Below, piece after piece: positions 31,313-45,005 of a stretch of DNA of 64,000 nt. The notes under the pieces were generated by a model, which worked only from the letters and a program-made list of their open reading frames with translations, had not been told where the DNA came from and made no database searches. A program made the position numbers and the translations under genes. Each line of letters opens with the position of its first letter. The stretch's first letter is position 1. Location: NCBI GenBank assembly GCA_051294375.1, contig CM119264.1:29814876-29878875 (forward strand), written 5' to 3'. The stretch is from Paraspadella gotoi. Its lineage: Eukaryota; Animalia; Chaetognatha.

Positions 31313-34300
31313 CTCTCCTCATATATTTCTCTTCTCTTTTTCTCTTCTCTCTTCAACCCTCTCATCTTTCTTCTCTCCCTCTCACTGTCAAACTGGATTT
31401 CTCTTCTCTCTCTCTCTCTCTCGTCTCTCTGTCTCCTCTCTGGTCTCGCAGGTGCCCCTCTCTCTCCCTCATCTCTCTCTATCCTTCTCTCTCTCTCTTC
31501 CTCTCTTCTCACACGCCCCCTCGCTTCTCTATTTCCCTCCTCCTCTCCCCCCGCTCTCCTCCTCTCCTCCCTCCACGGCTCTCTCGTCTCCTCCTCTACT
31601 CCTCCCCCCGTCCTCCTCCCTCCTCCGCGTCTCTCTCCCCATCATCTCTCCCCTCTCTCTTCCTCCCTCTCCTCTTCCCACTCTCTCCTCCTCCTTTCTT
31701 CTCTCTCTCTACTATGTTCCATCTCCCGCGCCGCTCAAGGGTCTTCGAACTTCGATCGGTCTATCGTGGAGCTCGCGCCGATGATTCATCTCGACCCAGG
31801 ATTGAATTCATGGAAGTGAGATGGAAACTATGGAAACTCAGGAGAACTATGAGGTCTGAGGCGCGGATAGGGGCACTGTGCGCACTATGGGACATATGCG
31901 GTGTGGCTGATTTGAATTTCCTGGCGCTATTTTGACAGCTGTTTGTTGTCATACGGTGATTGAAACGTGAAGATAAGTAAAAAAAATTGTTTGAGTGCAA
32001 GAGTTTAATATCATTTCAGAAAATATCATTTTTCTTTCTTCAAATTGAATATCTTAATATTCTTGTAGTTAATTTTTAACACTTTTATTGTTATTGTTTA
32101 GCACCGAACTTCGAAAGTTACCTTGCTTTTCAATTGTTTCTACGAAACGCCGTAAGTATAATCGGTTTCTATGTACATAATACTACATCACTAATGTTTA
32201 TCTTAAATCACATCAATGTCATCCGACAACCGGACGACATAAAAACGTTTGTCCGCGCGATAAGAAAGAAAATTGATGATAGTCTTCTCCATCCGGAAAC
32301 AAGCATAAATCTGTCGTCTTTTCTGACTTCGGGCAAGAATAAGAGAGAAATGGAAATTATGATGGATGTGACAATCGGGGGGTTTAATGTGAGGGTGGGG
32401 CAAGCAAGTGATTTGGCGGGAGATGTATTGTGATAGGGGCAAAGGGAGATATAACGAGATATCATTATACAATTGGAACACTTCATTGTCAGGGAATAGA
32501 CATTATTTGGGAGTGAATAAACAGACTCTCGTGGAGAGTTTTTGGTTGAAAGCTTTGGGCTCTATGTTATATTTGTAGAGTTGGAGCTCCTCTCAGTCAA
32601 TGGTGTCATGCCATGTCATTTCATGTCAGGGATGGTGATTCTGAGTAATTTCTCACCAGAGGTGTGAAGCAGACAGTTTGAAGAAGAACGGAATAATAGT
32701 GATAAGAGGGTGAAAGTGAAGTTGTGAAGATTCGTCTGATGGAAATCTGCATAGTTATAACATTTGTCTAGAGAGAGGGATGGAACAGGAAGAAGGAGGA
32801 AAAGAAGAAGGAAAGGAAGAAAAGGAAAGTGAAAGGAAAGGAAAGGAAGAAAGAATAGAAAGAAAAAGCAGCAAACGAAAGAAAATAACGAAAAAGAAAT
32901 AAAAAGAAAGAAAGAAGAAAGAAAGAAAAGAAGAAGAAAGAAAAAAAGAAAAGAAAAAAGAAAAGGAAGAAAAGAAAAGAATAGATACAATGTAATTGTA
33001 TAATTTCTATGATAACGCATCGATACATGAATAATATGATCGGCACCGTATCTGTTAATAACGAACGCACAGGACTCCCATTGTACTGACACTCAAAGAC
33101 TTCAAGATATGACAATAATTCGTTGTCCCTCTCACACCGACGACTACACATGATATTTTACGACGATGTGTGTAGAACGGGCGTAAGCGTCTCGACTGCA
33201 TCTCGCCAAATAGACGCCCCCTTTTTTTTTTCTTTCCCGCCACCAGTTGCGCGCGTCGCGATTTGCCCGCCGGCGACGACGAAAGAAGAACTCAAACAAA
33301 GATAAAAGATTACAGAACTAATTCAACGATCAGCTGAACAATTAATGAGTCTGTTTTGTTCCCTTGTCTGTTTTTTTTCGGCTTGTCATGGTGATTGTAA
33401 GATTGTCGTTTTAGGAGGGAGAGCTTGCGGGGGGGGGTCAGGAGTGGATTGGACGAGGGTGGGGAAGGGTTGTCATGGAGTTCTTCGTGTGTATATTTGG
33501 GAGTAACGTTGGTCCTGGGTTTTTGGGTTGTCCTCGGGTGTTTCAAATTGTCTTTTGGGTGTTTGTTTCGGGGGTTGGTCCATGGCGGATCTCTGATTTT
33601 ATTAGTGATACAGGGGAATATTTAGGAATATAATAATAAAGGAGGGAGAGTGGTGCGTGGGGATTATACATTTTTTTGGTTCGTCAAGGTGATTTGTATA
33701 GTGATTTGTGTTTTTTTTTCTTTCTTTTTTTTTTGTTTTTTTTATTTTTTTTTCTTCTCAATAATCATATTCGGTTTTGTTATTTTTTTTTAGGGGTTTG
33801 TTTTGTTATGCGGATCGCATCGCGATATTCCCTTCTGTAAATCACTCCCATGGTTTTTGGTTTTTTATTCTAATATAAACACTTTCTCTCCTCTTGTTTC
33901 GTCTTCTCTGTTCTCTTTCTCTCTCTTTATCTTCTTTCTTCTCTTCTTCTCTGCTTCTCTTGTCTTCTTTTTTCTTCTTGTCTTTTTGCTCTTCTTTTTG
34001 TCTTTCTCTTCTTTTTTTTTCATCACCCCAATCCACTCGCCTCCCCCCACCACCACTCCCTTCTGTCTTTTCCTCCCATNNNNNNNNNNNNNNNNNNNNN
34101 NNNNCCCGCCCCTCAGGGTCTCGACTTCGACGGGTCTATCGTGGAATGTTGCGCCGTGATTCATCTCGACGCCACGGATGAATTCATGGTGAGTGAGATG
34201 GAACTATGGAACTCAGGAGAACTATGAGGCTGAGGAACGATAGGGCACTGTGCGACTATGGGACAATGGGGTGTGGTGATTTGAATTCCTGCGCTATTTT

Positions 34301-36936
34301 GACAGCTGTTTTGTTGTCAACGTGATTGAAACGTGAAGATAAGTAAAAAAAAGTTTTGAGTGCAAGTTAAATATTTCAGAAAATATCATTTTCTTTTCTT
34401 AAAATTGAAATACTTAAATTCTTGTAGTTAATTTTTATACACTTTTATTGTTATTGTTACAACTCGGAATACCTTTTCATTGTTTCTACGAAACGCCGTA
34501 GCTCATAATCGCTTTCTATGTACATAAATACTACGACATAATGTTTATCTTAAATCACTCAATGTCATCGACTAACGGACGATATAAAAACGTTTGTCGC
34601 GCGAAAAGAAAGAAAAATTGATGATAGTCTTCTCATCGGAACCAAAGACATAAAAATTTGATGATAGTCGTTCTCTCCGGAACAAAGACATAAAATTGAT
34701 GATAGTCTTCTCATCGGAACCAAAATTGATGATAGTCTTCTCATCGGAACCAAAATTGATGATAGTCTTCTCATCGGAACCAAAAATTGAATGATAGTCT
34801 TCTCATCGGAAACCAAAATTGATGATAGTCTTCTTCATCGGAACCAAAATGGATGATAGTCTTTCTCATCGGAACCAAAATTGATGATAGTCTTCTCATC
34901 GGAAACCAAAATTGATGATGTCTTTCTCATCGGAACCAAAATTATGATGAAGTTAGTCTTCTCATCGGAACCAAAATTGATGATAGTCTTACTCATCGAA
35001 ATGATATACACTCACATACAAAAAATTGATGATAGCTTCCAATGGAATACACTAAATTGATATGACCTCTCATCGGCGTAACCAGAATTAGTGATATCAT
35101 ATGCGGAACCAAGAACTTGAGATGATTAGTGCTTCTCATCGGTAACGAATAGATTGGAGATGCATTTATCCGGATCGCGCAATTATCGATATCTCATCGG
35201 GAACCAAAATTGTCATTGACTAGTCTTCTAGCAAATCGGAACCAAACAATTGCGGACTGACTAGCTTCCTCAATCGCGGAACCCTAAAATGTGATGAATG
35301 AGTCTTCTCGGCATGAGGAATACCAAACATATGATGATAGTTCATGTCATCATGTCCGGAATCCAAAAGTTGATGATAGTCTTCTCATACTGGGGAACCA
35401 AAATTGATGATAGTCTTTCTCATTGGCGGTATAGCCCCACAAAGACATAAATCTGTCGTCGTTCGTGACTTCGGGCAGAAAAGAGAAAATGGAAAATTGA
35501 TGATGGATTGTTGAAAAATTGGGCGGGGCGCGGGGAGAGTATAGTTAGGAGGCGTGCGCAGCTGGCTGCTGCAGGGTGGGGCGAGTGTATTTTGGGGGGG
35601 AGGGGAGATTATAACGACGATATCATTATCCAATTGAAACACTTCATTGTCAGGGAAGTCAAACATTTTGGGAGTGAATAAACGAGACTGTGAGAGAGTT
35701 TTGATTGAAAGCTTGTAGGGACCTGCTATGTTTTTATCTTGTAATGGAGTAATGGAGGCCTCTCATGTCATGCCATGTCATTTCATGTCAGGGAGTGGTG
35801 ATTTGAGTTATTCCTCACCAGAGGTGTGAAGCCAGACAGTTTGAAGAAGAAACGGAATCAGTGAAAAGAGGGTGAAAGTGAAGTTGTGAAGATTCGTGAT
35901 GAATCTGAAAAGTTACATTTGTCTAAGAAGAGAGGAAAGGAAAGGAAAGGAAAGGAAAGGAAAGGAAAGGAAAGGAAAGGAAAGGAAAGGAAAGGAAAGG
36001 AAAGGAAAGGAAAGGAAACGAAAGAAAGAAAAAAGCATAATACAATGTAAAATAAGTAAAATTTCTATATACATGATACAATGATAAATATGATCGACCG
36101 ATCTGTTAATAAACGAACGAACACAGGAGCTCCCCATTGTCATAAACTCACTTCAAATACAATAAATTCGTTGTCTCTCAAACCGACGACATACAATGTT
36201 TTTACGACGATGTCGTGACGCGTTAAGCGTCGACGCATCTCGTCAAATAGACGCCCCCTTTTTTTTTTCTTTCCGCCACCAGTTGGCGCGCGCGATCGCC
36301 GCCGGCGACGACGAAGAAGAAATCAAACAAAAGATAAAAAGATTCAACAGAAACATAATTCAAATCAGCGAACATTACAAGTGAGTCTGTTTTGTTTTCT
36401 TTGTTTTTTCGGTTGTCATGGTGATTGTAGATTGTCGTTTTAGGGTTGTCATGGAGATTCTTCGTTGTTGTATATTTGGGTTGTCCTGGAGATTTTGGGT
36501 TGTCTCGATGTTTACAGATTGTCGTTTTTGTTTTTTTTTTTAATATTCATGATAGGGTGTTGTTTCGGGTTGTCATGGCGATTGTAGGTTGCGATTTTTG
36601 GTCGTCATGGTGATTATAGTATTTTTTTTTCAATATCATATTGGTTTGTTATGTCGCACCTTCCCCTTAACTCCATGGTCTTTGTTTTAATTCTAATTAA
36701 AACTTCTTTTTTTCATTTTTCTTTTTGTCCTCATTTCTTAATTGTTTTCTTTTTTAAAATCTCGTTTTGTTTCGTTTTGAATTTTTTTTTTTTTTTTTTG
36801 CCTGCAACAAAACGGAAAATATTATTGCGAGCGAAAGAAAACCGTTTTTTTTTTTGTTTTTTGTTTTTTTTTTTTATTGGGTGACACGGAGGAGGAAAAA
36901 CTCAATAATTCAGGAAGAAACAGAGAGATAGAGAGA

Positions 36937-36998
<62 letters not shown>

Positions 36999-37213
36999 AA
37001 GATGCAAATAGATAGAGACATTAAAGGAAAGAAAGCCCAATAAAGCCGCTGGCATCGCCCTCGATACATCGCCAACTCCCAAATCGTGTTTTTTCTCGAT
37101 TTGCGTAAAATTCGTATTTTTTACGATTATTTGTCTGTATTTTATGACTGCAGTTTGGCAAGAGAGAAAGAGAAAGAGAGGGAAATAGAAAGAAAGAAAG
37201 AAAGAAAGAAAAA

Positions 37214-37308
<95 letters not shown>

Positions 37309-37950
37309 GAAAGAAAGCCCCCAAAAAAGACCAAGAAACTAAGGAGAAAAGACAAATTTTGCTCGCGTAAAATCGAAGGAAATTTCACAAATGGGGCTTA
37401 TTAACTTGTTAAACATTGCTGTTAATTATACTATTAAATCATTAACTTATTAATTAACTTATTAATTAATGAATCATTTTATTACTTTCCTTCAGAAACC
37501 GCAATCGCTACGTGAAAGTGAGCGCGGACGGAGAGTTGGAGGAAGTCTTTGCGGAAATCGTGGAAAACCTCAAGGTAAGGTCGGTCGGTCTGTCTGTCCC
37601 TCCGTCAATCCTTTCGTCCGTCCGTCCATCAGTCTATCTCGAATTCGAATCGGATTGATTCTTGTTATTCGATGTCATCCTCAATTCTCACTTGATTTTT
37701 GTTATTCGATGTCACCCTTAATTCTCACTTGATTTTTGTTATTCGATGTCACCCTTAATTCTCACCTCTTCTCCTCACACTCTCCTTTATTTTTCCCTCG
37801 TATGAAATTAAAAATTCATTTATTGATCCATTTATTTATCTATTTTATTATCCATTTATTGATCCATTTATTGATCCATTTATTATAAATTTATAACAAT
37901 TCATTTGTTGTTTCCAGGAAAAAGAAGTCATCAAGAAGCGACAATCTTGA
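19810..37950 (+). CDS. Multi-domain adenylate kinase (about 6 tandem AK1/UMP-CMP kinase-type domains); start exon not resolved
   Basis: Domain 1: 19810-19935 (FIVGGPGCGKGTQCERL), 21051-21175 (HISSGDLLR..GELV), 21356-~21535 (GFLIDGYPR), 21835-21946 (GRADDNE), 22091-22186. Domain 2: 22284-22507, 22713-22986, then 23179-23330 running into domain 3. Domain 3: 24433-~24568, ~24812-25040, ~25457-25623 (error-rich). Degenerate domain 4: 26668-26937 (IVTVLASSGSQR), ~27892-28163. Domain 5: ~28683-28826 (VVGGPGSGK), 28953-29027, 29322-29586 (GFLVVGGFPR), 30077-30303. Domain 6: 30718-30834 (MVGGPFTDKT), 30904-30990, 31185-31268 (VVLDAFP), 34117-34188, 36283-36380, 37496-37574, 37918-37950 (EKEVIKKRQS*). 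Confidence 0.85.
19893..20716 (+). repeat. 53-bp tandem array of AK P-loop exon end plus donor (copy 2)
   Basis: Same unit, about 14-15 copies. Confidence 0.9.
23272..24103 (+). repeat. About 59-bp tandem array of AK domain-3 P-loop exon end plus donor
   Basis: Unit GTGGGTGGACCCGGATGTGGGAAAGGGTCGCAGTGCGAGAGACTCTCCGCTAAATACAA, about 13 copies after the exon copy. Confidence 0.9.
25090..25478 (+). repeat. Tandem array of splice acceptor plus exon start, separated by (GA)n
   Basis: Unit (GA)n-CATCCCCTTTTTTTCCAG|CTACCGCCGCCACGCGGAAGC, about 7 copies; the last copy continues into AK coding sequence. Confidence 0.75.
30402..30473 (+). tRNA. trnT-CGT: tRNA-Thr(CGT), intronic in the adenylate kinase gene
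   Basis: Acceptor stem GGCGCAG/CTGCGCC, D arm TGGCCAAGCGGTAAGGC, anticodon stem-loop TCGGT-CTCGTAA-ACCGA, T loop GGTTCGATCC, discriminator T, short T run downstream. Confidence 0.95.
34615..35425 (+). repeat. 30-bp tandem array
   Basis: Unit AAAATTGATGATAGTCTTCTCATCGGAACC, degenerate in the middle; only one unit at the homologous site near 32270. Confidence 0.8.
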
Positions 37951-38024
37951 ATCTCTTGTCTCGAGGCGAAACTTCACTTTTTTCTTCTTTTTTTTTCTTT
38001 TTTATTTCTCCCTCTTGTCAACAT

Positions 38025-38090
<66 letters not shown>

Positions 38091-38401
38091 TGGCTTCGTA
38101 ATGGAAATTAAATGAAAAATATTATGAACAAAGAGAATAAATTTAAAAAAAAAAAGAAACATTTTTATTTGATTTCTCTTCTCTGTTCGAAAAGTCGAGT
38201 TTGTTTTTTTCCTGATTTGATTCCGATTTCCTTTTCTCTTTTTTCATCTCACGTGAATTCACAAGTCACGAGATTTAATCTGAGTGAAACCTAAAATGAG
38301 ACGAGCGACTGGACGGATGGATGGATGGACGGACGGAAGAAAATCACTGACCGGCTTGTTGGATGACAGACTGACCGAAAATAAGGAAGATGAATACTAA
38401 T

Positions 38402-38446
<45 letters not shown>

Positions 38447-41400
38447 GCCGTGGGGTCTCATCATCACTGGCGTCGTGGTGAGGATCTTCTATCGAATTTG
38501 CATAAAATGAACTCTGAGTTTCTTAAGGGATTTCGTGGCCTATTTTATGTTTTTAATTGTTTTGTTTATCTATTAGTTTTGTTTGTTAATTTGTTTTGTT
38601 TCTTTGTTTGTATGTTTTTGTTTCTTTATCCTTCTTTTTATTCTAGATCAAGTATTTTACATGGATTTATACTTAAAGCCGAAACATGTCCTATGTAAAA
38701 ATAAATCGTTGTACATAAACAAATAAACTTTGTCTTTCTCTAATGGATTTATCATAAATTTTTATGGTTATGCTTTTCGAAAAGTAAAATATCAGATATA
38801 AAATCTCTTTGGAGCTTGAAACGATAACATCTGAAATATGCTAATTGGGTTATTGTCTTAAAATAATTCATAGAAATTCGATACGTTTGAGTGTGAAAAC
38901 GTGGAAAGACAAGGAGCAAAATCACAAAATAACATTCGGAAATATCGAGAAAAAGAAGTAAAACGAAAAATGAGTCAAATTGTGGATGAAAGTTAATCAA
39001 ACGTTGAGCTATTAAGTCCGCAAATCGCAAATCGCAAATCGCAAATCGAAAATAATTAGATGTCCGGATATCGAAAAAAGTTCACACAAAAAATTTACTG
39101 ATTTCGACGTTAAACAAAAACAAAAAAAAACAAGATACTCATCGCACAAAGTGAGAAAGAAACGATATGTTTTGTCTTAGGAGTTCGACACCATTTCAAT
39201 TTTGGGAAATTTTTTTTTTCATTGGAAGCGACCGTGAAAATGTGAAGATGGTCTATCGAGTCAGCGATTTTAACTAAATGAAAATCGATATTTGAAAAAA
39301 TTTTTTCTGAAAATGAAATCGGAAAAATAATCCAGAATCAGAAAGTCGATTCAATTCCGCTTCGAACTCGGATGGAGGACGAGAGAAGTTTTTTGGTCTT
39401 CGCGCGCGACGCTCGATTTGCGGTGCGGAGAGAGAGAGAGAATAAGAGAGCAGAAGAGACGAGAGAGAGCAGAGGAGAGAGGAGGAGAGAGAGAGAGAGA
39501 GGCGAAGAGAGGAGACAGAAGGACAGAGAGAGATGAGAAGGAGAGAGATTTCATCACATTTTCATTCGCGCCCTTCGAAAACCTGAAGCGAAATTCGGAT
39601 GAATTGATCCCAATTGAGTCGTAAGACGATGACGACGTAAGACGACGACGAAGAAGAAATCAAGTATGATTTAATGAGCTGATTGCATTTGTAGATTGAA
39701 TGACTTCTTTCGTACATCATTCCATTCACCGATGTGAAAGGAAACCTCACTAAAGGAAAACGTCCGTCTGTGATCTTTACATACATTCAAATTTGGATGA
39801 GTAGAAAAGGTTTATGAAAATTTGCAAATTACTTGTTTCACTATTTTTCATTTTTCTATTTTAATATTTTAATATTTTTATGAAGGATTTAGTATTTAAT
39901 CTATATTATTTATTCAAACATATATTGCTTTCTTTTTTAAAAATGTTTTATTTATCTAATAATTCAATTTGGGAAGGGGAAGTCAGTGTTGTCTTCTGGA
40001 AATAGAGGGAGCATCTATACAACACAAGGTTAGATTACTATCTGTCCTATATTTTTAAACACTTTTACAAAAGGTANNNNNNNNNNNNNNNNNNNNNNNN
40101 NNNNNNNNNNNNNNNNNNNNNNNNNNNNNNNNNNNNNNNNNNNNNNNNNNNNNNNNNNNNNNNNNNNNNNNNNNNNTTTTTAATTGTTTTGCTTCTATTC
40201 TATTAGTTTTGTTGGGCTTAATATTGTTTTTGTTTTCTTTGGTTTGTTATGTTGTTGTTCTATATCCTTTCTTGTTATTGCTAGATCAAGTATTTTGATG
40301 TTACATGGGATTTATACTTAAGGCCGGAAACATTCCTATGTAAAAATAATCGTTGTTACATAAACAATAACTTTGTCTTTCTCTAATGGATTTATCATAA
40401 ATTTTGCCATATGCGTTTATGGCTTTTCTGAAAAGTAAAATCATTCAGATATAAATCTCTTTGGAGCTTTGAAACGATAACATCTGAAATGATGCGCTAA
40501 TTCGGGGTTTTGTCTAAATATCATAGAGAATTCGAGACGTTTGAGTGTGGCGAAAGAGCGTGGAAAGAAAGGAGGCAAGAATCACAAATAACATTTTCGG
40601 AGAATGAGTCGATAGGAAGTAAAACGAGAAATATGACGTCAAGATTGTGGATGAAAAGGTTTAATCAAACGCGTTGAGCTATTAAGTCCGCAAAGTCGCA
40701 AATCGCAAATCGCCCCAAATCGAAAAAAATTAGAGTTGCCGGAGTATCGAAAAAAGTTGCACACAAAAAATTTTATGATTTCGGACGTTAAACAAATCAG
40801 AAAAAAAAACAAAGTATACTCATGCGCACAAGACTCGAGGAATAGAATACGATATTTTTGTCTTAGGAGGTTCGACTACCATTTCAATTTTGCGGAAAAT
40901 TTTTCATTGGTTGAAGCGACCGTTGGTAAATGTGGAAGATTGGCTCTATGGCGGTCATGCGAGTTTTTAACGTAAATGAAAATCGGATAGTTTTGAAAAA
41001 TGTTTTTGTCCTGCAAAATGAAATCGGAAAGAACAATAAATCCCAGAATCAGGGAAAGTCGATTCAATTCCGCCTTCGAACTCGATGGAGGACGATGAGA
41101 AGTTTTTTGTCTTTCGCGCGCGACCGCTCGATTTGCGGTGTGCGGACGGAGAGTGAGAGAGAGAAGAGACGAGGAGAGAGAGAGTCGAGATGTCAAGAGC
41201 AGACGATGAGGAGCGAGAGGAGAGTGAGAGACGACGAGGAAGGGAGAGAGAGAGAGAGAGACGAGAGAGACAGCGAGAGACGAGAGCATTGGCAGTGCAC
41301 ATTTTCATTTCGCGCGCCTTCGAAACCTGCAGCGAATTCGGATGAATTGATCCAATTGCAGTCGTAAGTATCGCATGACGACGAAGACGACGACGACAGA

Positions 41401-42199
41401 AGAAATCAAGTGATGATTTTAATGAGCTGACTTGCAAGGTTTGTAGATTGAATGACTTCTTTCGCTACATCATTCCATTCACCGATGTGAAAGGAAAACC
41501 TCACTAAAGCGAAACGCTCACGTCTGTGCATCTTTACCATACATTCAAATTTGGATGAGTAGAAAAGCGTTTATGAAAAGTGTTGGCAAGGATGTACTTG
41601 TTCACTAGTTTTTCATTTTCTATTTTAATATTTTAAATTTTTCATGAAGGCAGTTTAGTACTTTTAGATCGTATATTATTTTAGTCAAACATATACTATT
41701 GTCTTTCTCTGCTTTATAAAATGTTTTTATTTATCTAATATTACGAGAGCTGTTGGGAAGGGAAGTCAGTGTTGTCTTTTGGGAAATAGAGGGCAGCACG
41801 TTTATAGCAACGACAAGGTTAGGATTACTATCTGCTCCTTAGTTTCTAATAGATATCGACTGTCGATTTTCTGTTAGAAGTCTATTAATGAAGAAATCAT
41901 AATAGTCTAAGAGGCTGAGACAGAAAGGGGTGGGAATGCGATAAATTTTGACCGGACCAACGTTTATATATGATTTTTTTTTATCCAATAGGATAAGACT
42001 ACCATGTAGAATTTGTATGTTCTGATTAGGGATAAGCGATACTGGGGGAAAGGTCTTTATCAGGGGCACCTTATGTCTGATGAATATAATTTTTTAAAAT
42101 ACTTTTTAAAATTTATTTTTTCTTTTATCCTATTTTTTAATTATTTCTTTTTTTTGAAGTATTTTTTTACTCTTTTATGTTTTATACATATGGGAAGGT

Positions 42200-43300
42200 C
42201 GATCAGTTGGGCAAGACCTATACGCCTTTCATGGATTTCGGCTCTTTAATATCCCAATTATCCATGGTATAGGCGAGCCATCACCAAATGGTTTCCTTCA
42301 TTGTTGCTGTATCTTCTATTATTTTAAAGGTATATCTTGAATGTTATCTGAAACAGACCAAAGCCCCTGCGGCCATCCAGCGATTTATTAGCATTTTAGC
42401 AGAAGATTTTATTAAGGTTTTGCTAATACTTTGTAATTTGTAAAATAAATAAAATAAGTTAGAATAACTAGGTTTAATATAAGTTAATAATTGAAGGCTT
42501 ATGGTTTAATGTAAAGTTTAACGAATTAAGTCAATTGGTAAAAGCTTAAAAATAAATTAAATCAGGAGAGCTTAAACAAGTTAAAATAAATTAAATAAGC
42601 TTATTTAAATATAGTATTTGTTGAATGTTATTATTGATAATTATTACTAGTGGTTTATTTTTGTTATTTTTTTCTTTTGTCATTTTTAGTAGGAACTATC
42701 ATGTAGTGAATCTTTTTTGAAATAGATTAAACGGATCAGTAACATTTATATTATTGGTATTAGCTCCTTTATAAGTTATCTGAAAATTTAATCTCCCATT
42801 TTTCTTAAGTCCTTTAAAGTATTATAACCCTTGACTGTTGTAGTTTTTGCTTAAATTTATTAGCTCTTTGCATGAAAAATCTGTATAGCGGTCCGAAGCA
42901 TATTCTGCTATCTATTAATTGGCTAATAAATGACAGCCTAGTGTTTGGTTTTCTAGGAATACGAACTGTCCATATATGGCGTAACCAACTACTTTCAAAA
43001 GAAAAAGCGAATCCCTTTTTATTCATAAACAGCACAGAAGTAAGATTTTTGTTTTCTGATTTAATGTTAACTGCTTCTAAACAAATCTACATTTGTATGC
43101 TGTGCTATTAGATTTTTTGGTTACAGTAGTGCTGCTGCGATATATGTTGGCAAGATTGTAATCATTAATTCCTTAGTTAAATCGGCTCTGAAAAAAGGTC
43201 ATCAATATATCTTGAGCAATTTTTAAATTGTCTTGCGATTCCTGAAATTAGTTTTTGACATGTACCCCCCCCCCCTCCCCCCATCCATATATTGTTGATC
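42200..43300 (-). mobile_element. Possible highly decayed non-LTR (L1/Tx1-like) retrotransposon remnant
   Basis: Only short minus-strand peptides resembling RT motifs (NYKVLAK, SVSDNIQ, KAY) in broken frames; weak. Confidence 0.3.
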
Positions 43301-44026
43301 TCAAAACAGAAGAAACAACATTATTGGCGCAATTATCTTGTCCCAGATCTCAGGTCCAATTGGTAGTCCTTAATGTTGTGTTTGTATATAGTGCAAGCCA
43401 AATTTGGAGACAAAACATATCTAAAATAAGTTGAGGACAATATGTAAATCTTCTCAGTAAAAGAAGAGTATCCCTTCATTCTCTAGTAGTTTGAACAAAT
43501 AAGCCTTTTATTATGATTACATTTTATATATTGTTATTTTTACCTAGGAAAATTGCTTCGAATGAAATTTTTTAGGCTTACTCCTGATTTCATAATGAGC
43601 GAAGTGATGGATATAATGTTGAAAAATCATATGTTTCTAGAAAATCTGTTTTTAATTTGAGAATTTTTTCCAAAAACTTCAAAGAATTATCAATTATTCA
43701 ATTATGTTTTATTCCAGAATCTTTGAAGAGCTACTTGATAGTATACTTTAAGATGTTTTAGCATTAGCTTTAAAACATTTTGAAAAATTTTTAGATCAAC
43801 TGCCTGAGAGAACAATATTTTAGAGCCTAGCTATGTATCTTTGTTTTGTAGGACTTTTATGCCATTTCAGGAATAAAAATAAATAATAGGAATTTCCTTT
43901 CATTTTTCGTCTCTTTTACTTTAATTCATAACTCCTTCACTAAATTTAGCTATTCTTTTATTGATACTTTCAGCGGTTTTATTAGTGAAGTTATAAAACT
44001 TAGGACGACAACGGAAACTCCTTCAG

Positions 44027-44621
44027 TAAGGCGTAGTGAAAGTTACATACGAAAATTCTAAAAGTCAATTATGAACAACATACCATCAGTGAACATTAAT
44101 TTGTAAAAAAAAATAATTTTATGTTTTTTAATTTTCGCAGTAGGCTATATTTATATATAGTACTCTCCTTATAAAATCAAAAAAATTTCCATATAGGCTT
44201 TTCTTAATTTTGATTGCAGATTTGAATTCCTCGTCAAAAGTTGATAAAAGAAAATATAAATCATTTTTAAAATTTTTTTCATTAAGCGAGTTAAAATTTA
44301 AAAAAACTATATTTAATATATAAAAAGTTAATTTTCAGCTCAAAATATAGCTTTTTCTAATTTTTGACCTACTTAATGAAGGAATTTTTCAAAAAGAGTT
44401 CTTTTTATCAACATTTTATGACGAATCCAAATCTGCAAAAAAACTGTTTTGAAATTTTAACATTTATTGGTTTAGTACTAGTATAAATATGGCCTACTGC
44501 GTAAATTGTAAAATTTATTAAATTTTTTTTTATTACATAAATGTTCATTAGTATAATGTTGTTCGTTCCTCACTTTTAGAATTTTAATTAAAGTTAAATT
44601 TAGAAATTTTACTACGCCTTA
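44027..44621. mobile_element. Independent copy of the same MITE family
   Basis: Same termini TAAGGCGTAG..CTACGCCTTA and highly similar body; different flanks with a 7/8 TSD TCCTTCAG/TTCTTCAG. Confidence 0.85.
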
Positions 44622-44956
44622 TTCTTCAGTCTGTTCTGTCTATTCTGTCTTTTCTGTCAATCGACCGTTCGCTACAAATTACATTTTATAGAATAGCGGA
44701 TCTGAGTGAATCGGTGAACTCAGGATTTAATTGGGTCGTGATGTTTGTCACTCTCGCAATCTCATTCTCTCACTTTTCCTATCACACTCTGTTCACCGCA
44801 AGTGGCCTGTCGACCTTTAATCCTTTAATATATGCGTCTTCAACTAAAAATGGTCATCGTTGGTTAATCGTGCCACTGTGGAAGATGATTTTTTCCCGTT
44901 GATCACAGTCGACTCCTCGTGTCGCGCAACAACAACGACGACGACGCATTACTGTT

Positions 44957-45005
<49 letters not shown>

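Noticed and set aside
34565-34816. Minus-strand GSDEKTIIN resembling an annexin repeat (GTDE)
   Set aside because: The similarity is limited to the 30-bp repeat unit; no further annexin sequence or exon structure.
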